From assembly GCA_965369655.1 (NCBI GenBank), contig CBDUQR010000001.1, forward strand, positions 96,001 through 160,000: a DNA stretch of 64,000 nt, in the 5' to 3' direction. The DNA comes from an uncultured bacterium. GTDB taxonomy: Bacteria > Zixibacteria > MSB-5A5 > JAABVY01 > JAHJOQ01. Below, piece after piece: positions 36,148 to 45,821 of the stretch. A model generated the notes under the pieces. The model saw nothing but the letters and a program-made list of their open reading frames with translations. It searched no databases and was not told the DNA's origin. Position 1 is the stretch's first letter; each line of letters starts with the position of its first letter. Made by a program: the position numbers and the translations under genes.

Positions 36148-36666
36148 TCAGACGACCTCGTCGAGCTCGATCTTTTCCTCGAGCTTCAACACCCTCTTCG
36201 CTCCGGTTACTTTTTCGAGCGCCTCTCGGATCGAAACGCAGGCCGTCTCGACACACAATTCCGGCGCAATGTCGTACAGGGGTCGAAGGGCGAATTCCCT
36301 GTCGAGCAGCCGGGGATGGGGAATCTGGAGCCTGTACTCGTTTACGAAGCGATCGCCATAGAGCAGGATGTCTATGTCGATAATGCGAGGTCCTCTGTGA
36401 ACACTCTCGGACCGGCCCATCTCACGCTCAATCTTCATGCAAGCTTCCAGCAAACGCATCGGAGAAAGATCCGTCGCGATTCCTACAACCATGTTGTAGA
36501 AATCCTCCTGAGCGACATAACCGACCGGCTCTGTCTGGTAGATGGGTGAAATCTCTTCGATCTCGATCTGTTCGGTACCGGACAGCTTTCCTACAGCTTT
36601 GCGAAGATAAGCCATCCTGTCACCGATATTGGAACCGAGACCAAGGTAGGCCTTAATCTCTTTCAT
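36148..36666 (-). CDS. folK: 2-amino-4-hydroxy-6-hydroxymethyldihydropteridine diphosphokinase
   Basis: GLGSNIGDR, Y.TEP.G, GPRIIDIDIL, IPHPR..R.F. Confidence 0.96.
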   Translation of the reverse strand: MKEIKAYLGLGSNIGDRMAYLRKAVGKLSGTEQIEIEEISPIYQTEPVGYVAQEDFYNMVVGIATDLSPMRLLEACMKIEREMGRSESVHRGPRIIDIDILLYGDRFVNEYRLQIPHPRLLDREFALRPLYDIAPELCVETACVSIREALEKVTGAKRVLKLEEKIELDEVV

Positions 36667-36708
36667 GTTTGACAATAAACGTCCTTTGATCCGAATGTCA
36701 AGGAGTTG

Positions 36709-37065
36709 TCAGGGGCGATGAATCTCGACTTCGATGTGATCGAGATTCCCCGGAATCGGCGGAATCTTCTTTCTCACCCTTATGACGACAGTCTCTACGT
36801 GGAACCTGGCAAGGATAGCCTTTGCTAGTCTCTCCGATATGGTTTCGAGCAGCGAAAAATGCTCTCTGGAGAGTATCTCTTCGACAGTCTGATAGACCTG
36901 TGTATAATTGACCGTATCAGTCAGGCGGTCGCTGTTGGCGGCCGGGCGCACATCGACATGCAGCTCCACATCGACCTCGAATCGTCTGCCGGTCTCCTTC
37001 TCGGCCGGTGAGACGCCGTGGTAGCCGTAGAACATCATGTTGTGAAGCCGGATTACGTCACTCAT
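36709..37065 (-). CDS. folB: Dihydroneopterin aldolase
   Basis: FYGYHGV..AEKETG, DRLTDTVNY, LLET, VEIHR. Confidence 0.95.
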   Translation of the reverse strand: MSDVIRLHNMMFYGYHGVSPAEKETGRRFEVDVELHVDVRPAANSDRLTDTVNYTQVYQTVEEILSREHFSLLETISERLAKAILARFHVETVVIRVRKKIPPIPGNLDHIEVEIHRP

Positions 37066-38278
37066 CTTGCTGTTCCTGCTTCCTCCGGTATCGCTTCTGG
37101 TAGAACTTCGAATGATCCATGATACGCCCCGCGGCTTTGTCGATCTGCCTTGATTCCGCCGCAAGCGAAATCCGCATATAACCCTCGCCTTTTTCTCCGA
37201 ACGCTATTCCGGGAAGAGTCACAACGCCGGTGCGCTTCAGGAGCATCCTGCAGAAATTCAGCGACAGCCTCCTGCGGGGGAGGCGAATCCATGCAAACGG
37301 GGTAGCATGAGATGGCTGTATCTCCCACCCGAGAGGTCCGATGGCGGTCTCGAATCGACGCCTGCTGTCACCGAGGAATTCAGATACCGAATCGGTGATA
37401 TCGTCGGTGTGATCCATGAGCCTGTTGGCGACCTGCAGATCGTAACCTGACGGGCGGCTGTTGAATGTCTCCAGCATCTTGCGCAACGGTGAAATGAATT
37501 CCTTGCAGCCGACAGCGAATCCAAGCTTCAACATCGGCACGTTGAAAATAAACGAGAAAGTGAAAAGCTCAATGGCGGTGTACCGCGCTCCGGGGAGCGC
37601 CACCAGAGATGGGTGAGTGTGCCGCTGCCATGTATGGGTGTTGTATACCGCGTCGGATATTATCAAAATATTGTTTTTCCTGGCAAACCGAATCAGCCTG
37701 CCGTAAAACGCCTCATCCGCCACCGCCGATGTCGGGTTGTGAGGATAGTTGATCAGGATCGCCTTGCTCAGTTTTCGGCGTGTGCCACCGATCATGTCGA
37801 GATTGGGAAGAAAGTCGGTCCTTGCCGACAATTCATAGGTCTCAATCTCCGCCCCCGCTGAATATGCCGATGATCTGTAGAGCGAATAGGCCGGATCGGG
37901 GAGGAACACCTTGTCGCCTCGGTTGACTAACGCCTGGAATACATAGTAAACACCGGGAGTATTCCCGGTCGTCAGTATTACCTCCTTATCCGGATCGAGT
38001 TTGACGTCAAATCTCGATTGCATCCACGCCGCGATTTTCTCCCGAAGCCTGCTATCGATGGATTTCCCGGTTGCGCTGTCGATCGGCCTCAGCGCATCAA
38101 TATCTCCGGCGAGTCTCGCAACAACTTCCGGTATGGGTGGAGCGATCTTTCCCAGATCGATCACCTCGATGCCTCTTTGCGCCAGTCTTTTCTTGATGCC
38201 GTCAAATTCCGAACCTATCGGCGCGGGCAATTGGCCGACAATATCAGATGATTCAATTATGATCTTCTTGAGAGGCAA
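37058..38278 (-). CDS. Class I/II aminotransferase-fold protein (DapL-like), catalytic Lys apparently absent
   Basis: INYPHNPT, SDAVY, PGIAFG..GEGYMRISL; SxSK motif reads TFSF. Confidence 0.85.
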   Translation of the reverse strand: MPLKKIIIESSDIVGQLPAPIGSEFDGIKKRLAQRGIEVIDLGKIAPPIPEVVARLAGDIDALRPIDSATGKSIDSRLREKIAAWMQSRFDVKLDPDKEVILTTGNTPGVYYVFQALVNRGDKVFLPDPAYSLYRSSAYSAGAEIETYELSARTDFLPNLDMIGGTRRKLSKAILINYPHNPTSAVADEAFYGRLIRFARKNNILIISDAVYNTHTWQRHTHPSLVALPGARYTAIELFTFSFIFNVPMLKLGFAVGCKEFISPLRKMLETFNSRPSGYDLQVANRLMDHTDDITDSVSEFLGDSRRRFETAIGPLGWEIQPSHATPFAWIRLPRRRLSLNFCRMLLKRTGVVTLPGIAFGEKGEGYMRISLAAESRQIDKAAGRIMDHSKFYQKRYRRKQEQQDE

Positions 38279-38312
38279 TCAACTACTCCTCTTTGCAAGA
38301 CTTGCAAAATAT

Positions 38313-38470
38313 AGGTTGTTTCGACAGGTCTTGGCGACGACGGAGTCGTCGGTGTGACCTGGCGATCTTCTGCATTCTGTTGATTGACATAGGTTCTATC
38401 TATCGGCAGTTCACACGCTCGCCTTCGGCGAACGCAAGAACTGCCGAAACAGGTACTTATGAGACAATCT
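38313..38470. repeat. Degenerate MITE/REP copy related to 22196-22396
   Basis: GTCTTGGCGACGACGGAGTCGTCGGTGTGACCTG and CGCCTTCGGCG.ACGCAAGAAC shared; ends AGGTTGTTTC / GAGACAATCT. Confidence 0.7.
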
Positions 38471-38622
38471 TTTTTCTTCTACCATACTCTTGCGTAATAC
38501 GAACGGTGATTCCACGCGCACAATCAAACCGGCACGCCGACCTTTGTCAAGCTGTTTGCCCCGATTGCCCGCAATCAGATTTGGCTTGCGAAGCGGAAAG
38601 CTATTCGCATCTTTCTGATAAC

Positions 38623-39636
38623 ATGTTGCATTTCACAAGAATGATCACAGCGCTCGCTCTCTTGACAGTTGCGGCAGTCTGCATCAACACAGCCTGCTCG
38701 AATGAGCAGGATGTCATCAGGGACCGTCCCAGACAGACCCAGATATGGAATTACCCCGATGATTTCAAGCCGTCTCACATCACTACTGACGATGACGGGA
38801 ATCTCTGGGGACTGTTCGTCTCACGGAGGTTCTCAGGCAAGGAGAGCTTCTGGGCGGTGCGATCTATAGCGGATAGTGAATGGAGCGACCCGATACTACT
38901 GATGAACGCGTATCACTTCACTGAGTTGAAGTTTGAAATTGCCAAAGGTCTGCTTCGCCTGACATTTATCGAGATCGACGAGGATTACTTCTACGACTAC
39001 GATAGCTATCTCGATAGAGCGCCGGAATTCCCCGATACTGTCGTCGTCGAGTTGCGCCTTGACGATCTTACGAGAGACAGAGACAGGGACGGCCTTCCCG
39101 ACTTGCTGGAACGCGAGATGCTGCTGTCGAGCAGGCTGCCGGACAGCGATGCCGACGGCAAGCGGGACGATGTCGATTTCTGTCCGCTTGGCGTTCCAAC
39201 ATCAGGAAACAACAGACTCGATATTTACAGGACTGCTCTGGTTCACCTGATGCAGCTTGATGACATCAGCAACCTCAGCCCGGTAAAAGACACAGCCTGG
39301 ACCAGGTTCTACGGCACTTACTATATCGATGAGCCAACAATCGTCTACGTGGCATTTCCCGGAGAACCGGTGCTCCCGGAATTGATCGATCTGCCAATCG
39401 TTCTCATTCAGGTCAGAACGCCGATGTATTTCGGCAGCAAGCCACAATACGGATCATTCACGGGAGGAATCGTGCCGCACCTGATCTTCTACAGGCCGGA
39501 AACAGACATCTTCGGGAAAAGCGCGACGATGAAGCTGGAACTTATCAAGCGTGTGCACAGGCGCGAATCGGCTACGATGCACTTCGCGAAAAGTGGCGAA
39601 CAATGGGTCGTGACACAGGTAACACAGGATGACTGA
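38623..39636 (+). CDS. Putative lipoprotein with acidic Ca-binding (TSP3-like) motif
   Basis: Lipobox-like NTAC; DRDRDGLPDLLE...DSDADGKRDDVD; upstream ORF extension overlaps a repeat, so the start was moved. Confidence 0.7.
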   Translation: MLHFTRMITALALLTVAAVCINTACSNEQDVIRDRPRQTQIWNYPDDFKPSHITTDDDGNLWGLFVSRRFSGKESFWAVRSIADSEWSDPILLMNAYHFTELKFEIAKGLLRLTFIEIDEDYFYDYDSYLDRAPEFPDTVVVELRLDDLTRDRDRDGLPDLLEREMLLSSRLPDSDADGKRDDVDFCPLGVPTSGNNRLDIYRTALVHLMQLDDISNLSPVKDTAWTRFYGTYYIDEPTIVYVAFPGEPVLPELIDLPIVLIQVRTPMYFGSKPQYGSFTGGIVPHLIFYRPETDIFGKSATMKLELIKRVHRRESATMHFAKSGEQWVVTQVTQDD

Positions 39637-39680
39637 CCGAACATCGATATCCGGACGACAACACAGGAGTTGACAAGACT

Positions 39681-40208
39681 ATGACGTGCAAAGCATTCAG
39701 ATATTGCCCGATGTGCCGCTCTGAGTTGACAGTTCGCGACGAGAACGGGACTAAGCGACCGATGTGCCCGGAATGCGGGTTTGTGCATTACAGGAATCCG
39801 TCACCTGCCGCAGGAGCTGTCATTTTCGACAGCGGCAGGATACTCCTTGTCAGGCGAGCACACGAGCCGTATGTCGGGAAATGGACAATCCCTGCGGGAT
39901 TCATGGAGTGGGGTGAATCGCCGGAAGAGACCACCATTCGCGAAATACTCGAGGAAACGAATCTCAGGATAGAATTGGACGGGCTTTTCCATGTCTACGC
40001 GGGTGATGACGATCCGCGCACAAAGGCAATTCTGATTCTCTATTTCGCGAGATGCACCGGAGGCAGGCTCGAGGCAGGCGATGATGCAGCCGAAGCCCGA
40101 TGGTTCTCTGAGAATGAGTTACCACCCGACGATGAGATCGCTTTCGAATCGCACCGACTCGCACTCCGCAAATTAAGGACTGAGCACGCAAAGCGTTTCA
40201 AAATATGA
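39681..40208 (+). CDS. NUDIX hydrolase with N-terminal zinc ribbon
   Basis: CPMC/CPECG..HYRNP; Nudix box GFMEWGESPEETTIREILEETNL. Confidence 0.92.
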   Translation: MTCKAFRYCPMCRSELTVRDENGTKRPMCPECGFVHYRNPSPAAGAVIFDSGRILLVRRAHEPYVGKWTIPAGFMEWGESPEETTIREILEETNLRIELDGLFHVYAGDDDPRTKAILILYFARCTGGRLEAGDDAAEARWFSENELPPDDEIAFESHRLALRKLRTEHAKRFKI

Positions 40209-41665
40209 AGCTCAAGAACCGGCTGTTCACAGCGCTTCTCCTGCTGGCATTCCTGCCGGTGGCGCTGATCTCCTTCATCACTCTCGAACTGGCATCCGGA
40301 AGTCTGGACCGCCTCGCCTCGCCCGGAATCGCAAATGCACTCGAGGCGGCAGATTCCATCGTCACACTGACTTTCGAGTCTATCGAATCGATGTGCGCGG
40401 ACGGCGCATCCAGAATGGCAAAGCTGCCTCATATTGATAGTGCGCTACTCGGAGATTTCGACTTTGCAATCGTAACAGACAGGGACATGACAGCATGGAT
40501 CGGCGAGGCTCCTGACTCGATAACACGGGAAAAGATATTGGATTTTCACCGGGACAGTTCTGATATCCGGCTCACCGACAGGATAATGTCTGGCGATACA
40601 TTTATCATCGTTGGAAAAGCATCGGCATACGGCGATGATCGACACCTGACGATCACCGTCGGACGAAACATGGGCAATGAGATCGCGCCTCTTTATGAAC
40701 GCCTCGGCAGGAATACTCGTAGCTTCGAGCGACTCGGTCAACTCAAGCATCCCGGAAAGAACACCCTGAGAGTATTATGGGCGGCGTTCGTCGCACTCTA
40801 CCTGCTGCTGATCCTTCTCATTTCGAGAATCACCGCGCGAAAGCTCACAATGCCGTTAGCCCGACTCGGCGAGTTAGCCGAAACAGTGGGGCGTGGTCAG
40901 TGGGATGTCCGGCTCGAATACAATCGCAACGATGAAATCGGCGCACTGACATCCGGATTCAACCGAATGTCGCAGCAACTCGGAGAGACTACGAGAAAAC
41001 TGATCGAGACGGAGAAAATTGCCGCGTGGCAGCAGACGGCTCGCGTGATCGCTCATGGGCTGAAGAACATGCTCGCTCCCATAAGGCTTGCTGTCGCGCG
41101 TCTGCCCGAATCATCTGATAAGAATGAGAGTGCCGACCTGTCACCGATGACAACTATCAATGCCGAACTGAGTCGGCTCGAAAAGGCGGCCGGAGATTTT
41201 TCCCGCTACGGCAAGCCGGTCGAGCCAAATGCCGCGATAATCGATCCGAACGTAGTCGTGAGGCAGGCGATCTCGGTAGCCGAGGGGTGCGACGTCAAGC
41301 TGGAAGTCGATCTGGATAGCAATCTTCCTTACATCAAATGCGATGGCGCACTCCTGAGAGATGCGCTGATAAACCTCGTGAAGAATGCATGCGAGGCAGT
41401 CGATCAGGATGGCTCCGTTGCGATTCAAACCCGAAGCCGCAACGACCGGGTCGAAATCGCCGTATCAGACACGGGCACGGGGATAGATCCGGAGATACGC
41501 GATCGCATCTTCGAACCGTATGTCACGACAAAATCATCCGGAACAGGACTGGGTCTGGCCATCGTAAGGAAGATAGTAGAGTCATCGGGAGGCGCCATCG
41601 AGTTGGAGACAGGCGACAGCGGAACGACTTTCACGCTCAAATTCGAGGCCGCTAATGAGAGATGA
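40205..41665 (+). CDS. HAMP sensor histidine kinase (NtrY-like)
   Basis: 2 TMs, HAMP 'DEIGALTSGFNRM', 'AWQQTARVIAHGLKN', NLVKNA, D.GTG, GTGLGL. Confidence 0.92.
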   Translation: MKLKNRLFTALLLLAFLPVALISFITLELASGSLDRLASPGIANALEAADSIVTLTFESIESMCADGASRMAKLPHIDSALLGDFDFAIVTDRDMTAWIGEAPDSITREKILDFHRDSSDIRLTDRIMSGDTFIIVGKASAYGDDRHLTITVGRNMGNEIAPLYERLGRNTRSFERLGQLKHPGKNTLRVLWAAFVALYLLLILLISRITARKLTMPLARLGELAETVGRGQWDVRLEYNRNDEIGALTSGFNRMSQQLGETTRKLIETEKIAAWQQTARVIAHGLKNMLAPIRLAVARLPESSDKNESADLSPMTTINAELSRLEKAAGDFSRYGKPVEPNAAIIDPNVVVRQAISVAEGCDVKLEVDLDSNLPYIKCDGALLRDALINLVKNACEAVDQDGSVAIQTRSRNDRVEIAVSDTGTGIDPEIRDRIFEPYVTTKSSGTGLGLAIVRKIVESSGGAIELETGDSGTTFTLKFEAANER

Positions 41666-43019
41666 ACCTTGTGACATTTTCGTGGTCGATGACGACCGCT
41701 ATCTCAGGGATGAGCTGACCATACTCTTGAGACAGGCGGACTACCACGTTTCATCTCACGAAACGATCTCGTCGTGCAAAAGTGAACTTGCGCGGCGCGT
41801 ACCCCTGTTGATCCTGCTCGATATCCAGTTGCCGGATGGCAACGGCGTCGACTTCCTCAAAGAACTCATGAACAGGGACAATCCCCCTGAGGTCGTGATG
41901 GTCTCCGGTGCGGCATCTCTTCAGGAAGCCGCAGATTCAGTTAAACTTGGCGCCGCCGATTTTCTGGAGAAACCATTCGCGCCGCAGCGACTGCTCTCAA
42001 TCGTCAGGAATTGTATCGAGATTGCCCGACTGAAACAGGCACATGCAAGACTCATCCGGGACAGGCTGGCGGAATTCGAGATCATCGGCGAGTCTGCCGC
42101 TACTGTCGAGACAATTGAACAGATCAGGCAGATCGCCGATACCAACGCTCGCGTTCTGATAACTGGAGAGAGCGGCACGGGAAAAGAACTCGTGGCCGGT
42201 CAGATACACCTTCGCAGCAAGCGCGCCCTGGGACCATTCGTGAAGATCAATTGCTCAGCGATGCCGCCGGATCTCGTCGAGAGTGAACTCTTCGGACATG
42301 AAAGAGGAGCATTCACCGGCGCGGTCGATAAGAGACAGGGCAAATTCGCAGCAGCCGACGGCGGGTCGCTGCTACTCGATGAAATCGGAGATATGCCAAT
42401 CGCGGCGCAGCCGAAACTCCTGAGAACTCTCGAAACAGGCGTGATCGAGCCGATTGGCAGCACAGATGCAATCTCGGTCGATGTTCGGTTGATCAGTTCG
42501 AGCAACCGGGACCTCGACGAGCTTTCAGGTCGTGGTGAGTTCAGATCTGATCTCCTGTACAGAATCAACACTGTACCGATTCATTTGTCTCCTCTTCGCG
42601 ACCGACGCGAAGACATTCCAATTCTCGCGGAGCACTTTCTGACACGGCTTGCATCGCAGAATATGGACACGCGGGCGGAATTTGATGACGGCGTGATGGA
42701 ACTACTGATCGCGCACGACTGGCCCGGAAATGTGAGAGAGCTGCGGAATCTAATCGAACGCGCATTCTACACGTCAACTGACCGCAGAATCACACCGGAG
42801 CATATTAGAATCTGCCTTGGCGAGAAGGGCGACATTACGAAACCCGACATTGAAGCGGGCAATCGCAACAGGCTGTCGGCGGCTGTTACACAATTTGAAA
42901 AAGGTTTTCTGAGGTCTGAACTTCGGGCGGTGGATGGCAATATCAACCAGTTAGCTGGAAAGCTGCGAATGGATCGGGGCAATCTCTACAGGAAGCTGAA
43001 GAAACTTGGACTGCTGTAA
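41655..43019 (+). CDS. Sigma54-dependent response regulator (NtrX/NtrC-like)
   Basis: REC (DDD, LLDI, EKP), GESGTGKE, GAFTGA, WPGNVREL, Fis-type HTH. Confidence 0.95.
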   Translation: MRDEPCDIFVVDDDRYLRDELTILLRQADYHVSSHETISSCKSELARRVPLLILLDIQLPDGNGVDFLKELMNRDNPPEVVMVSGAASLQEAADSVKLGAADFLEKPFAPQRLLSIVRNCIEIARLKQAHARLIRDRLAEFEIIGESAATVETIEQIRQIADTNARVLITGESGTGKELVAGQIHLRSKRALGPFVKINCSAMPPDLVESELFGHERGAFTGAVDKRQGKFAAADGGSLLLDEIGDMPIAAQPKLLRTLETGVIEPIGSTDAISVDVRLISSSNRDLDELSGRGEFRSDLLYRINTVPIHLSPLRDRREDIPILAEHFLTRLASQNMDTRAEFDDGVMELLIAHDWPGNVRELRNLIERAFYTSTDRRITPEHIRICLGEKGDITKPDIEAGNRNRLSAAVTQFEKGFLRSELRAVDGNINQLAGKLRMDRGNLYRKLKKLGLL

Positions 43020-43143
43020 ACTCTACATCGATGCTGAAAGAATCCGATGTCAATAGTACAACATGTTTTCAACCATGCAACAACCCAACGGATCACAACA
43101 GGCGAGAATGCAGTCACTTATGAATTCCGGCATGAATCTTGAT
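43015..43143 (+). promoter_or_regulatory. Putative sigma54 promoter with two upstream TGT-N7-ACA activator sites
   Basis: CCGGCATGAATCTTGA (GG-N10-GA) at 43127-43142; TGTAAACTCTACA at 43015 and TGTCAATAGTACA at 43048. Confidence 0.55.
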
Positions 43144-43190
43144 GCAACTTCCGGCAGAGATGACCATATTGCTGGAAGGAAGGTTACAGG

Positions 43191-44993
43191 ATGAATAAGA
43201 GTAGTATCAAATACGGACTGATAGTGGCAGCGTCAGTATCCGCGCTGATTATCATAGCGCTGCTTCTGTCCGGCAGCGCACGAGCAGCAGAGATCACACC
43301 CCCCGAGACGTTTCAACTCACTATCGAACTCAATGACGAGCAGGGCACGATCGTTGTCGAATATGGCGACATGAGGAAACGGTATCGATTCCGTGCCGAC
43401 GAGGTCAGTATTGCAGAGGGTGCAGTGACGATCACGCCCGATTTCGCGTTCACCGTCGACGGCATCCTGGCTGACGGCATACTCTATCCGATAGAGAACC
43501 TCCGAGTCGACGAAATATACCATGAGAAAGAGTTGATCAGTGTTGTCCTCAAGCATCGCAAGCAGACAGCAGCGGCAAAACGCCGACAGATCAAGCGCAA
43601 CCGAGTCGCGGTCACAGGAAGGCTCGTCGTGGATCACGATGATTTCGTCAGAGGAGATATTATCTGTTTCGGAGGAAATATCGAGGTTCGAGGAGAGGTG
43701 AATCGGAATGTAGTGGCAATCTTCGGTGATGTCTTCATCGTGGATGAGGGCATTGTGCGAGGTAATGTCGTGGCCATTGACGGCAAAGTCAACATGCGCG
43801 GCGAGGCGTCGGTCTACGGCGAGATCGCCGCTCACAGAGGACTCAGGAAGAGTGGCGGGGTCCGCGTCAGATTCGACTCCGAGGGATGGGGACCGAAAGA
43901 ATCTGATCTGATCGCATCATACAATCGCGTCGATGGGCTGCTGCTCGGCGGAAGAGGAGCGCTCGCCGATCCGGACTCGCTGCTGCCGACAATCCATGCG
44001 AGCTTAGGTTATGCTTTCGAGTCTGAACGGATGCATTACGAAGTCGGCGTTCACCAGAAACTGTTCGACAAATACTCGTTCACAGCCGGCGGGAGTTTCT
44101 TCAGGCAGACATCGACCGACGACGGCTGGCTTTCGCCTAGAAGAGAAAACTCGCTTCTGGCGATTCTTGCCGCCGAAGATTTCCGTGACTATTATGAGGA
44201 AGAGGGTGGAAAGGCATACCTGACATTCTGCCCCGGATACTACAATGAAATCGGCATCGGCTACAGGTTCACCGACCTGAAATGGATGGATCATCATCCG
44301 CTCTTATGGTCGCTCTTCGGGTGGGAGAAAGAATTCCGTTCCAATTTCTCATCGATCCCAGCTGACAAGAGGCGTGATGCCGGCGATCAATTCGACTCAA
44401 AGCTCGGCGAATTGAGCGCTTGGTACACACTCGACACACGCGATGACGATGAAGAACCATATTCTGGATGGTGGGCGCACGTGGAATACCTGACCGCTGG
44501 CGACAGACTCAAGGGTGACATAGCCTATGACAGACTCACCGCCGAGATCAGACGTTACCAGCCGATCACACACCGTCAGAACATCAATGTCAGGGCGAAA
44601 TACGGCATCGCCGGCAGAGATGTGCCGTTGTTCAGACAGTTCTATCTCGGTGGCATGAGGACAATCCGCGGACTCGATCATAAGAGTCTGATCAAAGTGC
44701 ATGAGCATGTTGTAGCAGGCGACACCGTAACCGTGATAGAGGGCGAACAGATGATCCTCGGGAATCTCGAATATGTCATCAACTTCCCGAAGGCATCTTT
44801 TGAGACCTCGCTGCTGTTCGACGTCGGGAAGGTCGTATCGAGAAAAGATAATATATTCTCCGACGGAGATTTCCATTCATCGGTCGGGATACGGCTCGGC
44901 TTCGAGGATGGCTTCAGCCTCGAGGTAGCCAAATCGCTTGATGACTCTGACGAACCGGTGAAACTGTGGGTACTCTTTCAACAATCATTCTGA
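43191..44993 (+). CDS. Omp85/BamA-TamA-like outer-membrane protein with bactofilin-like (polymer-forming) N-terminal segment
   Basis: Signal peptide; 'GDIICFGGNIEVRGEV..NVVAIFGDV' repeats; 'YNRVDG'; 'FYLGG..TIRG' Omp85 motif; terminal Phe. Confidence 0.8.
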   Translation: MNKSSIKYGLIVAASVSALIIIALLLSGSARAAEITPPETFQLTIELNDEQGTIVVEYGDMRKRYRFRADEVSIAEGAVTITPDFAFTVDGILADGILYPIENLRVDEIYHEKELISVVLKHRKQTAAAKRRQIKRNRVAVTGRLVVDHDDFVRGDIICFGGNIEVRGEVNRNVVAIFGDVFIVDEGIVRGNVVAIDGKVNMRGEASVYGEIAAHRGLRKSGGVRVRFDSEGWGPKESDLIASYNRVDGLLLGGRGALADPDSLLPTIHASLGYAFESERMHYEVGVHQKLFDKYSFTAGGSFFRQTSTDDGWLSPRRENSLLAILAAEDFRDYYEEEGGKAYLTFCPGYYNEIGIGYRFTDLKWMDHHPLLWSLFGWEKEFRSNFSSIPADKRRDAGDQFDSKLGELSAWYTLDTRDDDEEPYSGWWAHVEYLTAGDRLKGDIAYDRLTAEIRRYQPITHRQNINVRAKYGIAGRDVPLFRQFYLGGMRTIRGLDHKSLIKVHEHVVAGDTVTVIEGEQMILGNLEYVINFPKASFETSLLFDVGKVVSRKDNIFSDGDFHSSVGIRLGFEDGFSLEVAKSLDDSDEPVKLWVLFQQSF

Positions 44994-45649
44994 GCAGGGT
45001 CAGCATAACAATCCTGACGCTGCAGATCGTGGTGATCTCAGTTGCTGCTGCGCAGACCACACCCAGAATCACTCCTCTTATCTATCGCGACAGCCTCGCG
45101 GTTGCGATCGACTGCGAGGAATTGTTTGATGACAGCAGGATCAGAGAGCTTCACGATGGTTATCCGCTCTCATTCGAACTGAAACTTTCACTCCGCAAGA
45201 GAGTGCCCCTGTGGACCGACTCAAAAATTGGAGCAGTTAAATCGCGTTTCAGAGTCACATTCAGGCGGTGGGATTCCCGGTACGATCTCGAGCTTGTCGA
45301 CTTTGGTCGTTCGCACTTCTCAGCGCACTTTGAAACGCCCGATGAAATCTTGCTTGAACTGGAAGAGCGGCTTTTTGCTACGATAGAACATGTCTCCCGG
45401 CTCGACAGCACAAGCCACTACTACATCGAAGTCGAAGTCAAATACCGCAACCTGACATTCGACGATGTAAAATCGACTGAGGACTGGCTGACGAACGGCG
45501 ACAACCGAGGCGATTTCGACACCAGCGAAACCATCGACTTCGGCGAGCATCTCGTGAAATTCCTGTGGGATATCGCCGGGCCGGGCGCAGATTCCCGGAA
45601 ATCGACCACGAGGGAGTTCAAACTGGGCGATCTTCGTATTTCCCGATAA
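44966..45649 (+). CDS. DUF4390-like exported protein
   Basis: Signal peptide; 'L.DG.PL.F.L.L.RK..LW.D' pattern; next to an NtrYX-like pair. Confidence 0.6.
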   Translation: MGTLSTIILSRVSITILTLQIVVISVAAAQTTPRITPLIYRDSLAVAIDCEELFDDSRIRELHDGYPLSFELKLSLRKRVPLWTDSKIGAVKSRFRVTFRRWDSRYDLELVDFGRSHFSAHFETPDEILLELEERLFATIEHVSRLDSTSHYYIEVEVKYRNLTFDDVKSTEDWLTNGDNRGDFDTSETIDFGEHLVKFLWDIAGPGADSRKSTTREFKLGDLRISR

Positions 45650-45821
45650 GCCGCATTCTCAGGACCCAAACCGCCTGTTCCGTGCGATTCCCCAGCCTAC
45701 TAATCACAATCACGACATAAGGTTGCAGCTATTGAGCTTAATTTTACGCTCATGGCTCCGATATATATATAGTTGAAGGGACTTGGGCATCTATAATCCT
45801 AAGAACTCTCGAGGAGTACGT

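Noticed and set aside
38293-38622. N-terminal 110 aa of ORF 38293-39636
   Set aside because: Overlaps a repeat and the divergent promoter region; the signal peptide begins at 38623.
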